Below are positions 26,703-34,214 of a DNA stretch of 37,382 bases, in pieces; position 1 is the first letter of the stretch; each line of letters opens with the position of its first letter. The translations under genes were made by a program, and so were the position numbers. This DNA is from a virus. The stretch lies in IMG/VR virus record IMGVR_UViG_3300022670_000083, positions 1-37,382 of that record; one strand, 5' to 3'. The notes under the pieces were generated by a model that was given only the letters and a program-made list of their open reading frames with translations, searched no databases and was not told where the DNA came from.

Positions 26703-26915
26703 TTAATCCTTTGGTGGTTCAGGTAGTGCCATCCAGTGAGTAACTATACAAGGAAAATCCTCACCATCTAAAAACAGCCATTCGTGTGTTTTGTATTCAG
26801 GGCAAACATAAGACTCCAAAACCTCTTGCCACTGACTTACTATATCGTTAGCAACTACAAGAACCTTAGTTAATGTCTCGGGAAGCTTATCTTCAACACT
26901 TATCCATTTACTCAT
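26703..26915 (-). CDS. DUF551 family protein
   Basis: WISVEDKLPE...VTHWMALPEPP is the DUF551 signature. Confidence 0.7.
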   Translation of the reverse strand: MSKWISVEDKLPETLTKVLVVANDIVSQWQEVLESYVCPEYKTHEWLFLDGEDFPCIVTHWMALPEPPKD

Positions 26916-26920
26916 AATTA

Positions 26921-27151
26921 TTATCCTTTAAATTGAGCAAAAAAATCAGTCAGCTCTTTAGCTTCTTTTTCTACTTGACTAAAAAATGATGAGCTTTCCA
27001 TTTGCTCGAATCGCTTAAAGTAACGACCTCTAGGATTTAACATTTTAGCTGACTTGGTTTTTACATTATCCCATGCTTTTCCGTCACCCTGTTTTAAGGC
27101 TTTATTATTTACTTTGATACGCTCAAGGTGTAAGTTTTCTAAATATGTCAT
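26921..27151 (-). CDS. Hypothetical protein (76 aa)
   Basis: ORF with TGGAGA as SD. No motif recognised. Confidence 0.45.
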   Translation of the reverse strand: MTYLENLHLERIKVNNKALKQGDGKAWDNVKTKSAKMLNPRGRYFKRFEQMESSSFFSQVEKEAKELTDFFAQFKG

Positions 27152-27167
27152 TGTTATTCTCCATTAG

Positions 27168-27308
27168 TTAAAACTCTAACATTGTAGTTTGTAATAGTTC
27201 ATCAACTTCGTGGTGATACCAGATATAATTATGATCACCCCATAACCTTATGTGACTTGAATGCAATCTCCATTTGTCATAATTGCCATACCAATTTTTA
27301 ACCCACAT
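27168..27308 (-). CDS. Hypothetical W-rich 46-aa protein (below the track cutoff)
   Basis: The ATG is 1 nt after the NinB-like stop. Reads MWVKNWYGNYDKWRLHSSHIRLWGDHNYIWYHHEVDELLQTTMLEF. Confidence 0.35.
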   Translation of the reverse strand: MWVKNWYGNYDKWRLHSSHIRLWGDHNYIWYHHEVDELLQTTMLEF

Positions 27309-27309
27309 A

Positions 27310-27753
27310 TTAATCCCCGTACCCTAAATCTAAACCCATTGCACCGAAGAAGTTTTGAAGCTCATCTCTAAGCCTGTTGTGCATCTTGGTATCGAATAAT
27401 CTTGTAACGTGCATTTCAGTCATTTGTATTAATTGATCTTCATAACTGAGTTGAAAGAAACCTTCAACGTTTAGCCCTTCGTTTATAATTTTTCCCATAA
27501 ACCCACCAGAAAACAGTATAGGTAAACCAAACTCTAGCTTTATATACCTTGTAGCCTCTGGAATAGTTAAAGCTAATTCATCAGCTATAGCAGGATACCA
27601 ACCTTGATAAGTTCTGTTAGCTGCATCACTGCGTTTCTTTCCTACCTCGACCAAAGTTACCCTGTACTTCTTTTGTGGACTCTTACCCATGAACACATCG
27701 ATTTTACGGTAAACGTCCTGACGTGTTGATAGTGTTATTAGCTGGTTTTTCAT
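27310..27753 (-). CDS. ninB: NinB/Orf-like recombination mediator
   Basis: 147 aa, the same length as lambda NinB. The segment RVTLVEVGKKRSDAANRTYQGWY parallels lambda VVTIQERNRSLDQNRKLW. Nin-region context. Confidence 0.45.
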   Translation of the reverse strand: MKNQLITLSTRQDVYRKIDVFMGKSPQKKYRVTLVEVGKKRSDAANRTYQGWYPAIADELALTIPEATRYIKLEFGLPILFSGGFMGKIINEGLNVEGFFQLSYEDQLIQMTEMHVTRLFDTKMHNRLRDELQNFFGAMGLDLGYGD

Positions 27754-28073
27754 ACCGCAACCAATTCTTGAGCTACGCCTCTTGTCCCTCTAACACCTCT
27801 AACACCTATGCGTTGTGGTAATACTCTGATTATATTGTCTTGGCATAATATTCTTATATCTCGACGAATTGTTTCCACTTTCCCTATATTTTCTTTAAGG
27901 CATATTTCTATTAAATCAGGTCGAGTTATCCCGTTATTTTCCGTTATTAAACTTAATACAGCCTTTCTTCTATCTGTTATACCTTTGCTAAATGAAGGAA
28001 GTAAATTTGTCGGCATGTCAGCTATCAAATTTGGTTTTTTAAACATCACTTTTAATGTTGATAAATTCATCAT
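27750..28073 (-). CDS. DeoR-like winged-helix protein, paralog 2
   Basis: The motif GITRPDLIEICLKENIGKVETIRRDIRIL matches the DeoR-type HTH pattern. Aligns with the upstream paralog, and both end in AV. Confidence 0.5.
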   Translation of the reverse strand: MMNLSTLKVMFKKPNLIADMPTNLLPSFSKGITDRRKAVLSLITENNGITRPDLIEICLKENIGKVETIRRDIRILCQDNIIRVLPQRIGVRGVRGTRGVAQELVAV

Positions 28074-28375
28074 ACGGCAAGAATACTGTATGAGTGCTGT
28101 CTGTTTAATCTAGTGCTAGATGTAATTGCCACTCTGCCAGCTTCCTTTAACACTAACAGGTCACTTCTAATAGTTGACTCGTCAGCTATTCCGACCTTCA
28201 TACAGAGCGTTATTAAAGCGCTTTGTTTAATGTTTGGAGTCTTAACCAGTTCGTCATAAATAAGCTCTCTTCTTTTTTGCTTAACTTTGCCTCGTCTTTT
28301 TCTTTGCGCGACTTGTACAGTTGGAATAACGCTTGGTACTCTATGGAACATTGACATTACTATTTGTAAATTCAT
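28070..28375 (-). CDS. DeoR-like winged-helix protein, paralog 1
   Basis: The motif NIKQSALITLCMKVGIADESTIRSDLLVLKEAGRV, with a basic N-terminal region. ATGA overlap with paralog 2. Confidence 0.5.
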   Translation of the reverse strand: MNLQIVMSMFHRVPSVIPTVQVAQRKRRGKVKQKRRELIYDELVKTPNIKQSALITLCMKVGIADESTIRSDLLVLKEAGRVAITSSTRLNRQHSYSILAV

Positions 28376-28827
28376 TAGTTAACCTCTAATAGTTCAGGGT
28401 TTTCATGGATATTGCCTATGACTTTAATGTATCCATGCTTACCGCACCATAAGTGAGTGTGTTCAATTTCATCTTCAACATAGTTACTAGGATATGCTAA
28501 CTGAAAAGCTGAACCGTAAAAATCAACGGTAAATATTTTTGTTAGTGAATCTAAGTATTCATTCAGGCTTATTTCAGCATGAATAGACTGGCTAGCCCAA
28601 TCAGTAAATAAAACCTTAACAATATCACCCTCATATATCTCTACACCGTTTTTATCTTTTAATCCTGTGTATTGCATAATCTTAGCGCAAGTGTGGCTTT
28701 TTCCTGAGCCATCATCTTTCCAAGGTAAGTGGTCGTAATGCTCGCCATAACTAAACATCATGCTTTCTACATCAATGGCGTCTAGCATATCAACCCCATC
28801 CCAAGCTCTAAATTTAATACTCCTCAT
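28375..28827 (-). CDS. YopX family protein
   Basis: IKFRAWD at the N-terminus, IYEGDIV in the middle, and GNIHENPELL at the C-terminus. Confidence 0.85.
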   Translation of the reverse strand: MRSIKFRAWDGVDMLDAIDVESMMFSYGEHYDHLPWKDDGSGKSHTCAKIMQYTGLKDKNGVEIYEGDIVKVLFTDWASQSIHAEISLNEYLDSLTKIFTVDFYGSAFQLAYPSNYVEDEIEHTHLWCGKHGYIKVIGNIHENPELLEVN

Positions 28828-29027
28828 TAGTTAACCTTCCTTATATGTAACTGCTGTTTCAATAAAGCGTTTTCAGCTTTAATCGTCATTAATTGATTGC
28901 CGTAGAATTCAACCATTTCACCCTGGTCAACTACCATTTTTATTAATAAGTTAGACATTTCATGGTAATCACTTTCGTTTATTGATCCAGCGTTGTGATG
29001 CTTTATTAATTGGTTAAGTCTGCTCAT
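28827..29027 (-). CDS. Hypothetical coiled-coil protein (66 aa)
   Basis: ORF in the coupled gene chain. Confidence 0.45.
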   Translation of the reverse strand: MSRLNQLIKHHNAGSINESDYHEMSNLLIKMVVDQGEMVEFYGNQLMTIKAENALLKQQLHIRKVN

Positions 29028-29157
29028 TATTATTACCTTTACTGTAAGGCGCTGGCATTACGGATTTAGCTAATTCTAAATCCTTCTCTCTGTCACCAGT
29101 TGGATTAATGCCTTTTCTTTTTAATAGGGCTATTAACCCATCTGATGTAGTTGTCAT
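29014..29157 (-). CDS. Hypothetical 47-aa protein (below the track cutoff)
   Basis: The ATG overlaps the upstream stop (TAATG). Reads MTTTSDGLIALLKRKGINPTGDREKDLELAKSVMPAPYSKGNNNEQT. Confidence 0.35.
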   Translation of the reverse strand: MTTTSDGLIALLKRKGINPTGDREKDLELAKSVMPAPYSKGNNNEQT

Positions 29158-29645
29158 TATTTAACCTCAATTATCTCGTTTGGATAATCATCTGTAGGAC
29201 AGAATACCTCAACGGCTTTTTTCTGCTCATAAGGGAATTCAATATAAAATCTATCACCGCCTTTGCTAAAATGTGATTTATAAACTTCTCCCTCTTCGTT
29301 TTTATACCACTCCCAATATACTCGACCATCAATATCGTAAGGCTTTCCAGATTCGTCTTTAAATACTGTTGATAATCTTATGTTTTGAAGCGCACCTTCA
29401 CCGACATCATGCCATTCGCAATCGTCACCAGTTAATGGTGTTATCAACTTAAACTTAGCTAGCTTTTCAAATAAGTTAATTGCGTAACCGTAACTAGAGC
29501 CGCTATGCCCATGAGTTCCGAAAACCTCTAGCAACTCCAAAACCTGTTCACACATTAACTTTTGCACACTACATTCAAACTCACCTTTTGAATTAGACCA
29601 GCCAGCAAGTTCAAATTCTTTTTTAGCGTGTGTTATATAACTCAT
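29157..29645 (-). CDS. Hypothetical protein (162 aa)
   Basis: First gene after the divergent intergenic region 29646..29778. GTHGHSGSS motif, family not recognised. Confidence 0.55.
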   Translation of the reverse strand: MSYITHAKKEFELAGWSNSKGEFECSVQKLMCEQVLELLEVFGTHGHSGSSYGYAINLFEKLAKFKLITPLTGDDCEWHDVGEGALQNIRLSTVFKDESGKPYDIDGRVYWEWYKNEEGEVYKSHFSKGGDRFYIEFPYEQKKAVEVFCPTDDYPNEIIEVK

Positions 29646-29778
29646 TTTTTATATTTCCTTTTCGTTTAAGTTGATTTAACTATACATCACAAAGACTGTT
29701 TAACAGATTAGACCAGTTACATAAATCACAAATAAATTAAATATGTTAAACTTACCTTAACTAATAGGGGTTTATATT

Positions 29779-29835
29779 ATGAATGAAGAGCTTTATGACA
29801 TTTACAACGAAGAAGATTGGGGTTTATTTATATGA
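29779..29835 (+). CDS. Candidate 18-aa upstream ORF coupled to the holin-like gene
   Basis: AGGGG lies 9 nt upstream of the ATG at 29779. Reads MNEELYDIYNEEDWGLFI, and its TGA overlaps the ATG at 29832 (ATGA). Confidence 0.25.
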   Translation: MNEELYDIYNEEDWGLFI

Positions 29836-30197
29836 GTTGGTTTACTAGTTTGTTCAGTGGTGGTGGTATCGGTAAGTCTATTGAGAATATAGCAAGCGAA
29901 TGGATCACTACCGATATGGAAAGCGCAGAAGCTAAAGTTGTTATGATTAAAGCTCTTGACCCTAACGGTAAGATGCGAAGAGACTTATCCAAGAGGGTTA
30001 CTACTTTATACACGCTTTACATAGTAGTGGCTCTTATATTGCTTATCTGTGAAAGCTTTGGCTTAGGTGATGCTGAGCAAATAGCAATGGCAACAACTAA
30101 GGTTACCGGGTTATTCGTTCCTATAACTGGAATGTTTACAATGATAATCGGCGCGAGCTTTGGCGTGAACTATAATAATATCAATAAATCTAAATAG
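29832..30197 (+). CDS. Holin-like membrane protein (3-TM GTA-holin-like architecture)
   Basis: Track ORF (TTG at 29817) trimmed to the ATG at 29832. G-rich N-terminus, amphipathic D/E/A/K helix, then hydrophobic segments LYTLYIVVALILLI and GLFVPITGMFTMIIGASFG. Confidence 0.4.
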   Translation: MSWFTSLFSGGGIGKSIENIASEWITTDMESAEAKVVMIKALDPNGKMRRDLSKRVTTLYTLYIVVALILLICESFGLGDAEQIAMATTKVTGLFVPITGMFTMIIGASFGVNYNNINKSK

Positions 30198-30200
30198 AAT

Positions 30201-30223
30201 AAGGGCGCAATGCCCTTTTGTTT
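30201..30223 (+). terminator. Intrinsic terminator after the plus-strand holin-like gene
   Basis: aagggc-gcaat-gccctt followed by ttgttt, between convergent genes. Confidence 0.6.
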
Positions 30224-30235
30224 ATCTATCCTTGT

Positions 30236-30445
30236 TTATTTATTTTTAGCGTTCTTGCTTCTTTTTACAATCAACTTCTTAGCTGTAACTATCGCCTCAG
30301 ATATTAATTTAGTTACCTTTATAAACTGGTTATTTTTATAAGCTTGCAAGGTCATTACTGCGGCATCTCTTGCTTGATGTTCAGCACAACCAGCTCTTAA
30401 GCAACCTTTGTAAACTTCGTTGTATACCATGTCGTTAGGTGTCAT
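30236..30445 (-). CDS. Hypothetical protein (69 aa)
   Basis: Last ORF of the replication-region operon, with a basic C-terminus. Confidence 0.45.
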   Translation of the reverse strand: MTPNDMVYNEVYKGCLRAGCAEHQARDAAVMTLQAYKNNQFIKVTKLISEAIVTAKKLIVKRSKNAKNK

Positions 30446-30714
30446 ATCCTTTCCTCTATTTTAAAGTTTAACCATGATTTTAATACAAACTCTGAATTTG
30501 CGCCCGACTTATAGCCTGAATAAAAAGCCCTTTCAGATACTTCTTCCCTATCTGTTAATGCAGAATTAACCTCGTCAAGTTGCCCTTGAAGTTCTGATAC
30601 TTCATCTTCTAGCTCACTAGCTTCACAAACTTCCTGCTCTAGCTCTTCAATCTTTTCGTCGCGATCTTCTAGTAATTCAATTAACTCTTCTTCTGTTTTG
30701 TTTTCGTAGTTCAT
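30442..30714 (-). CDS. Highly acidic coiled-coil protein (90 aa)
   Basis: 25 of the first 62 residues are D/E by my count. ATGA-type overlaps on both sides. Confidence 0.5.
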   Translation of the reverse strand: MNYENKTEEELIELLEDRDEKIEELEQEVCEASELEDEVSELQGQLDEVNSALTDREEVSERAFYSGYKSGANSEFVLKSWLNFKIEERI

Positions 30715-31283
30715 GTTCTATCCTCGTTTAGTCTATATTTCTTGATACCTGCTTCAATCTTTTTATAGACATCGCTTGATTCTTTTTTGTGAGCCTGTAA
30801 ATCAACCAAGCCAGGCAGCGAACTAGGAAGCAATTCAACAGGTGTATTTTCATAGATAGCATAGTTAGCTATGAATTCCTTTTTAACCCAAGTTAAGTCT
30901 TTCTCAGGCATTGCGCAAAGGTCTTTCCACGATTTAACAGCTTTGATTGCTGCTAATGCTTGCTTGTCATCTAATTTAAGTGAGCCATAAGCGCCAGTAA
31001 CTCTTATTTCTCGCATGATTTGATTCCATGCTAATGTTGCTTTATCTTCTGTGCTTATATTAGTGCTTTGTAAGTGGCGAATAATATCAGCAGCTTTAGG
31101 GAAAAACGTTCCATGCTTTGGATCTGCTCTATGTAGCTTTGCCCCGACCTTAATATCGTCAATAGTAAAATCAATCAAGTCATCAAAAAGCATCATTAAA
31201 AGCTCAAGACTAACTTTTTTGTCGTAATACTCGCCCATGGCATAAAATAGTTTGGCGAATTCTTCTTTGTTTGACTTATCCAT
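30711..31283 (-). CDS. Replication protein, G39P-like helicase-loader N-terminal domain
   Basis: The pattern FAKLFYAMGEYYDKKVS.ELL.MLFDDL.DF...D......L.......FFPKAADII resembles the G39P/loader family. Adjacent to the initiator-like gene. Confidence 0.45.
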   Translation of the reverse strand: MDKSNKEEFAKLFYAMGEYYDKKVSLELLMMLFDDLIDFTIDDIKVGAKLHRADPKHGTFFPKAADIIRHLQSTNISTEDKATLAWNQIMREIRVTGAYGSLKLDDKQALAAIKAVKSWKDLCAMPEKDLTWVKKEFIANYAIYENTPVELLPSSLPGLVDLQAHKKESSDVYKKIEAGIKKYRLNEDRT

Positions 31284-31740
31284 TTATAAAATCCTCACAT
31301 GCCGAAAAGTTACCAGAAGTTTTACCGTTAGATTGTTTATTACCGCCGGTAGACTTAACTGAGTTTTGCGCTCTATTTAACCAAGCGTTTAAAAACTTCT
31401 TACAACCGCTTACTGTCTTTTTAGGGTTTGAATCTAACCATGCAACAACTTTGTTTAGTTCTGCTGGTATATCGACATTAGGGTAAGCTTGCACCCATGT
31501 ATCAACATTTGACTGAGTTACTTCATAAGTACCGTTTGTGCAAGGAACATAGCCAGCTATAACTTCATTATCTTTAGGAGTTAAGGATTGAGCTTTCTTC
31601 TTAACCTTGGTGTGTTTAGCCATTAAATCTTTAAGTAGCTTATTAAGAATGTATGAGCCACTTCTATCGTCTAACTTGCCATGGTCTTGTGCAAACTTCC
31701 ATAGCACAGGATCTAATACTACATTTGTTCTAACCTTCAT
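31276..31740 (-). CDS. Replication initiator/organizer-like protein with RHH-like N-terminus
   Basis: N-terminus MKVRTNVVLDPVLWKFAQ is CopG/RHH-like. The C-terminal motif W.QAYPNVD...EL.K...WL..NP.K......KFL..WL.RAQ is seen in phage replication-organizer proteins. Confidence 0.4.
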   Translation of the reverse strand: MKVRTNVVLDPVLWKFAQDHGKLDDRSGSYILNKLLKDLMAKHTKVKKKAQSLTPKDNEVIAGYVPCTNGTYEVTQSNVDTWVQAYPNVDIPAELNKVVAWLDSNPKKTVSGCKKFLNAWLNRAQNSVKSTGGNKQSNGKTSGNFSACEDFING

Positions 31741-31845
31741 ATTATATGACCTCGGGTAATTGGTGTTTAATCTTTATTTACTAGGTGTGTATAAGTTATC
31801 AATAAAAAAGACTTATGTAAAGCCCTTATGTATTATTGTTGTGTG

Positions 31846-32130
31846 TTAAAGATCGATTAGGCTATTAGTGTTATTGGTTGATGCGGTTAACGTTATATCT
31901 CCAAGGTTCCAAACTCTCCACACCCAAGACTCACCCTTATGGAACATCGACCATATAAAATAAGAGTTAGTGCTTTTATTTAAAATAATTTCAACATCTC
32001 CATCAATATGAATAACATCCTTCACCTTAACCAGTATCTTTTTTGGCTTTGATTTCTTAGTGGTTATTACTATAACATCGCCTTTTTTCGGTGGCTTTGT
32101 TGCTGTGTTTAAATGTGTAAACATAATCAT
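31846..32130 (-). CDS. Hypothetical protein (94 aa)
   Basis: ORF with AGAGG as SD. Confidence 0.45.
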   Translation of the reverse strand: MIMFTHLNTATKPPKKGDVIVITTKKSKPKKILVKVKDVIHIDGDVEIILNKSTNSYFIWSMFHKGESWVWRVWNLGDITLTASTNNTNSLIDL

Positions 32131-32138
32131 TACCTCTG

Positions 32139-32231
32139 TTAGTCTTTAAATAAGAACCAATATAAAACAACCAGCCCACCTATACCGATTATCGCCAACG
32201 ATATTAAATTTTGATATTCTTCATAGTTCAT
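32139..32231 (-). CDS. Tiny single-pass membrane protein (30 aa, below the track cutoff)
   Basis: AGGGG lies upstream of the ATG at 32231. Reads MNYEEYQNLISLAIIGIGGLVVLYWFLFKD. Confidence 0.35.
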   Translation of the reverse strand: MNYEEYQNLISLAIIGIGGLVVLYWFLFKD

Positions 32232-32251
32232 TCTATTCCCCTAGTAGTTAA

Positions 32252-32419
32252 TTAATCGAAACTTTCTGAAAAGTCTTTAAAGTATTTAAGCACCTCTTTG
32301 TCACAATCGAAGTATTGGTGTCCCATCTCTTCCCTTGCGTAAATACAGATGCTTTTTTCTAACTCTTTTATTCTTGATTCGTGATTATTTATAACTGCTT
32401 GCATTTGGTTCTTAGTCAT
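32252..32419 (-). CDS. Hypothetical 55-aa protein (below the track cutoff)
   Basis: AAGGAAAG lies upstream of the ATG at 32419. Reads MTKNQMQAVINNHESRIKELEKSICIYAREEMGHQYFDCDKEVLKYFKDFSESFD. Confidence 0.4.
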   Translation of the reverse strand: MTKNQMQAVINNHESRIKELEKSICIYAREEMGHQYFDCDKEVLKYFKDFSESFD

Positions 32420-32470
32420 TATCTTTCCTTATATTTTAATTATAGTTGTCTCTTAGATACGGTTACTTGG

Positions 32471-33172
32471 TTACCCTTGAGTAACTAATACAACATGGCC
32501 ATCATCTAATAACTTCTTAATTTCTAGTTGGTAAAGCTCTTCGGTACCACCTTGTGACCATACACGATTCATCTGGCCAGTTAAATTTGTTCTCCTTATA
32601 TCTTCAACGGTAAAGTTTAATATGCCTTTCTTTCTATTCTTGGTCACGCTAATCAGTTTAGCAAACTCCCACTTGGCCACGTGCTTTTGATTAGGGTTGA
32701 ACTTGTTGACGGTACCAATGCACTCCATAGTGAACCATTCACCTCTTACATGGAATTGCTTACAAGCTCTGTGAAGTCTTTTCTCTATACTTATCGCGTC
32801 CTTTGGTGTGTTGGCTATATAATACTTCCAAAGCAAAACTAGCTCACTTGGGCTTGATGTCTGCAGCGTTTTTAATCTTCCGTCTACATTGCTAGACATT
32901 CCTAATTTTACTTGTTGGCCATTACTGATCGCATAAAGATAATGCTTTTTAACTACTGCAGGTTTTTTCTTTACATAAGTTAATTGATTGGCCAATTGTT
33001 TTTGAGCTGCAGTAAAGTAGTTATTAATCTGGTACCACTTAATTAACGATACTGCTTTTTGTTTATCATCGTGACCAGTTGTTTTAGCTAACGAGAATTT
33101 CTTTAACTTGATCACCGTCAACTGTTCGTAGCTTAAATGTGATTTATACTTGTTCTTTTTAACTTTAGACAT
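32471..33172 (-). CDS. T5orf172/MUG113 domain protein (GIY-YIG superfamily)
   Basis: HYLYAISNGQQVKLGMSSNVDGRLKTLQTSSP.EL.LL......A..IEKRLH.....F.VRGEWF is the T5orf172 core. It has extra N- and C-terminal regions. Confidence 0.7.
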   Translation of the reverse strand: MSKVKKNKYKSHLSYEQLTVIKLKKFSLAKTTGHDDKQKAVSLIKWYQINNYFTAAQKQLANQLTYVKKKPAVVKKHYLYAISNGQQVKLGMSSNVDGRLKTLQTSSPSELVLLWKYYIANTPKDAISIEKRLHRACKQFHVRGEWFTMECIGTVNKFNPNQKHVAKWEFAKLISVTKNRKKGILNFTVEDIRRTNLTGQMNRVWSQGGTEELYQLEIKKLLDDGHVVLVTQG

Positions 33173-33672
33173 AACTAAATCCCTTTCTTATCTCTAGAAG
33201 CTCTAATCAAGGATACATTCCTCTAAGCGCTAGATGATAATAATAAGGTCCCCCTAAATTAATATTTCATCATTGATAACATGGATACAAGTAATAGCAT
33301 TGCCATGATTTATAAAACCGTATTTATACTCTTGTTTCCCTGAGTGCGGATTATTTTACGATAGTTACCGAGAATATCGGCAGTTTGATTAATCTGTATA
33401 TAAGAATGAGCTAGCCAATGGGCTTTAACCGTTGAAATCTACTCTCGTAAACATTATCGCTTTTTCTTGGATAACGACATCGCTTACTAACTCACTCATA
33501 TATACAGACTATAGAAGCTACTTGAAAGGAAACAAAAAAGGTACTTAGAATACATGACCCCTGTTTAGTAGAGGGAAGAACTTCAGTGAGAATAACCCAT
33601 CAAAGATCACATATTCTAAATACCCTTTACCAAAGTTACTATTTTCAAGCAGCTACTAAACTGCGGTTTACT
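33173..33672 (-). ncRNA. ORF-free, promoter-driven structured RNA or long 5' leader of the T5orf172 gene (class unknown)
   Basis: No credible ORF on either strand. It has a dedicated promoter and several long-range helices whose wobble positions are G-U only on the minus transcript (see findings). Confidence 0.45.
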
Positions 33673-33677
33673 TAACT

Positions 33678-33706
33678 ATTATATTATTTATCAGCTTGTT
33701 TTGCAA
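33678..33706 (-). promoter_or_regulatory. Near-consensus sigma70 promoter (TTGCAA-N17-TATAAT)
   Basis: Minus strand: TTGCAA (33706..33701), 17-nt spacer, TATAAT (33683..33678), starting 7 nt after the stop of the upstream gene. Confidence 0.55.
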
Positions 33707-33712
33707 TGTTAA

Positions 33713-34000
33713 TCATCTTCGTGTAGTTGAAAATGTCTTATTCATGTCTTTATTACGAATAGCATCCTTGCAATCTATGAACGTCTTAGCATTCATATAA
33801 AGACCTGTATCCATTTTTATTATCTGACCATCCTCAAGTGTATCAACAAGTGTTTTTACCTCTTTATCTTTAGTGAGCGGCGTAAATGGTAATGTAAATA
33901 ACCTTTCTTTCCATGTTCTTTTTATAAGTTCAGTACAATTTACTGGCTCTGATATTGTTACAGGTACGCCTTGTAATGTTTGCGGGTTAAATATACTCAT
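33713..34000 (-). CDS. Hypothetical protein (95 aa)
   Basis: ORF overlapping the Lar-like stop (ATGA type). Confidence 0.5.
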   Translation of the reverse strand: MSIFNPQTLQGVPVTISEPVNCTELIKRTWKERLFTLPFTPLTKDKEVKTLVDTLEDGQIIKMDTGLYMNAKTFIDCKDAIRNKDMNKTFSTTRR

Positions 34001-34212
34001 TTCTTTATTTGCTCCTGTTCTATTTGAAATCTTTTATTCCAATACGTGTAATCAAATGAGCCATCATCGTTTTTATATACCGTCATTGATGGATTAGGAC
34101 AAAGCATTGATAGTTTACTGCATCCTATTATTTGATACGTACTGTGGTCTTTTTCGCTAACTATGACCTTTGCTTCTTCACCACAAAATGGACAGGGTTT
34201 TAATTCACTCAC
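33997..34212 (-). CDS. Lar-family restriction-alleviation-like zinc-ribbon protein
   Basis: The N-terminus MSELKPCPFCGEEAKV is the Lar family signature, and there is a second Cys pair downstream. Confidence 0.55.
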   Translation of the reverse strand: MSELKPCPFCGEEAKVIVSEKDHSTYQIIGCSKLSMLCPNPSMTVYKNDDGSFDYTYWNKRFQIEQEQIKK

Positions 34213-34214
34213 TA

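Noticed and set aside
31271-31486. Plus-strand ORFs inside the early/replication region (31271..31486, 33873..34097, 34484..34690, 27808..28113, 25486..25773, 17355..17540, 17736..17963, 19845..20027)
   Set aside because: Each lies antisense to and within well-packed minus-strand genes. They lack RBS and promoter signals and have hydrophobic, low-complexity products typical of AT-rich antisense frames.
32420-33712. Group I intron with an intron-encoded GIY-YIG endonuclease
   Set aside because: A structured RNA plus a GIY-YIG-superfamily ORF recalls T4 td/nrdB introns. However, the flanking ORFs (95 aa upstream, 55 aa downstream) each have their own start, stop and RBS and do not look like halves of one gene. 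A strong promoter sits at the 5' edge. I could not find P7/P3-type conserved cores by eye. It remains worth a cmscan, but the sequence does not support it.
33173-33712. tRNA gene, CRISPR mini-array or iteron-type origin in the large gap
   Set aside because: No cloverleaf could be built: there is no GTTCRANYC-type T-loop and no matching acceptor stems. There are no direct repeats of 20 nt or more with spacers. Only short 6-9-nt direct repeats (GGATAC, ATCGCTT) are present, too few and irregular for iterons. The G-U strand asymmetry of the helices favours RNA structure instead.
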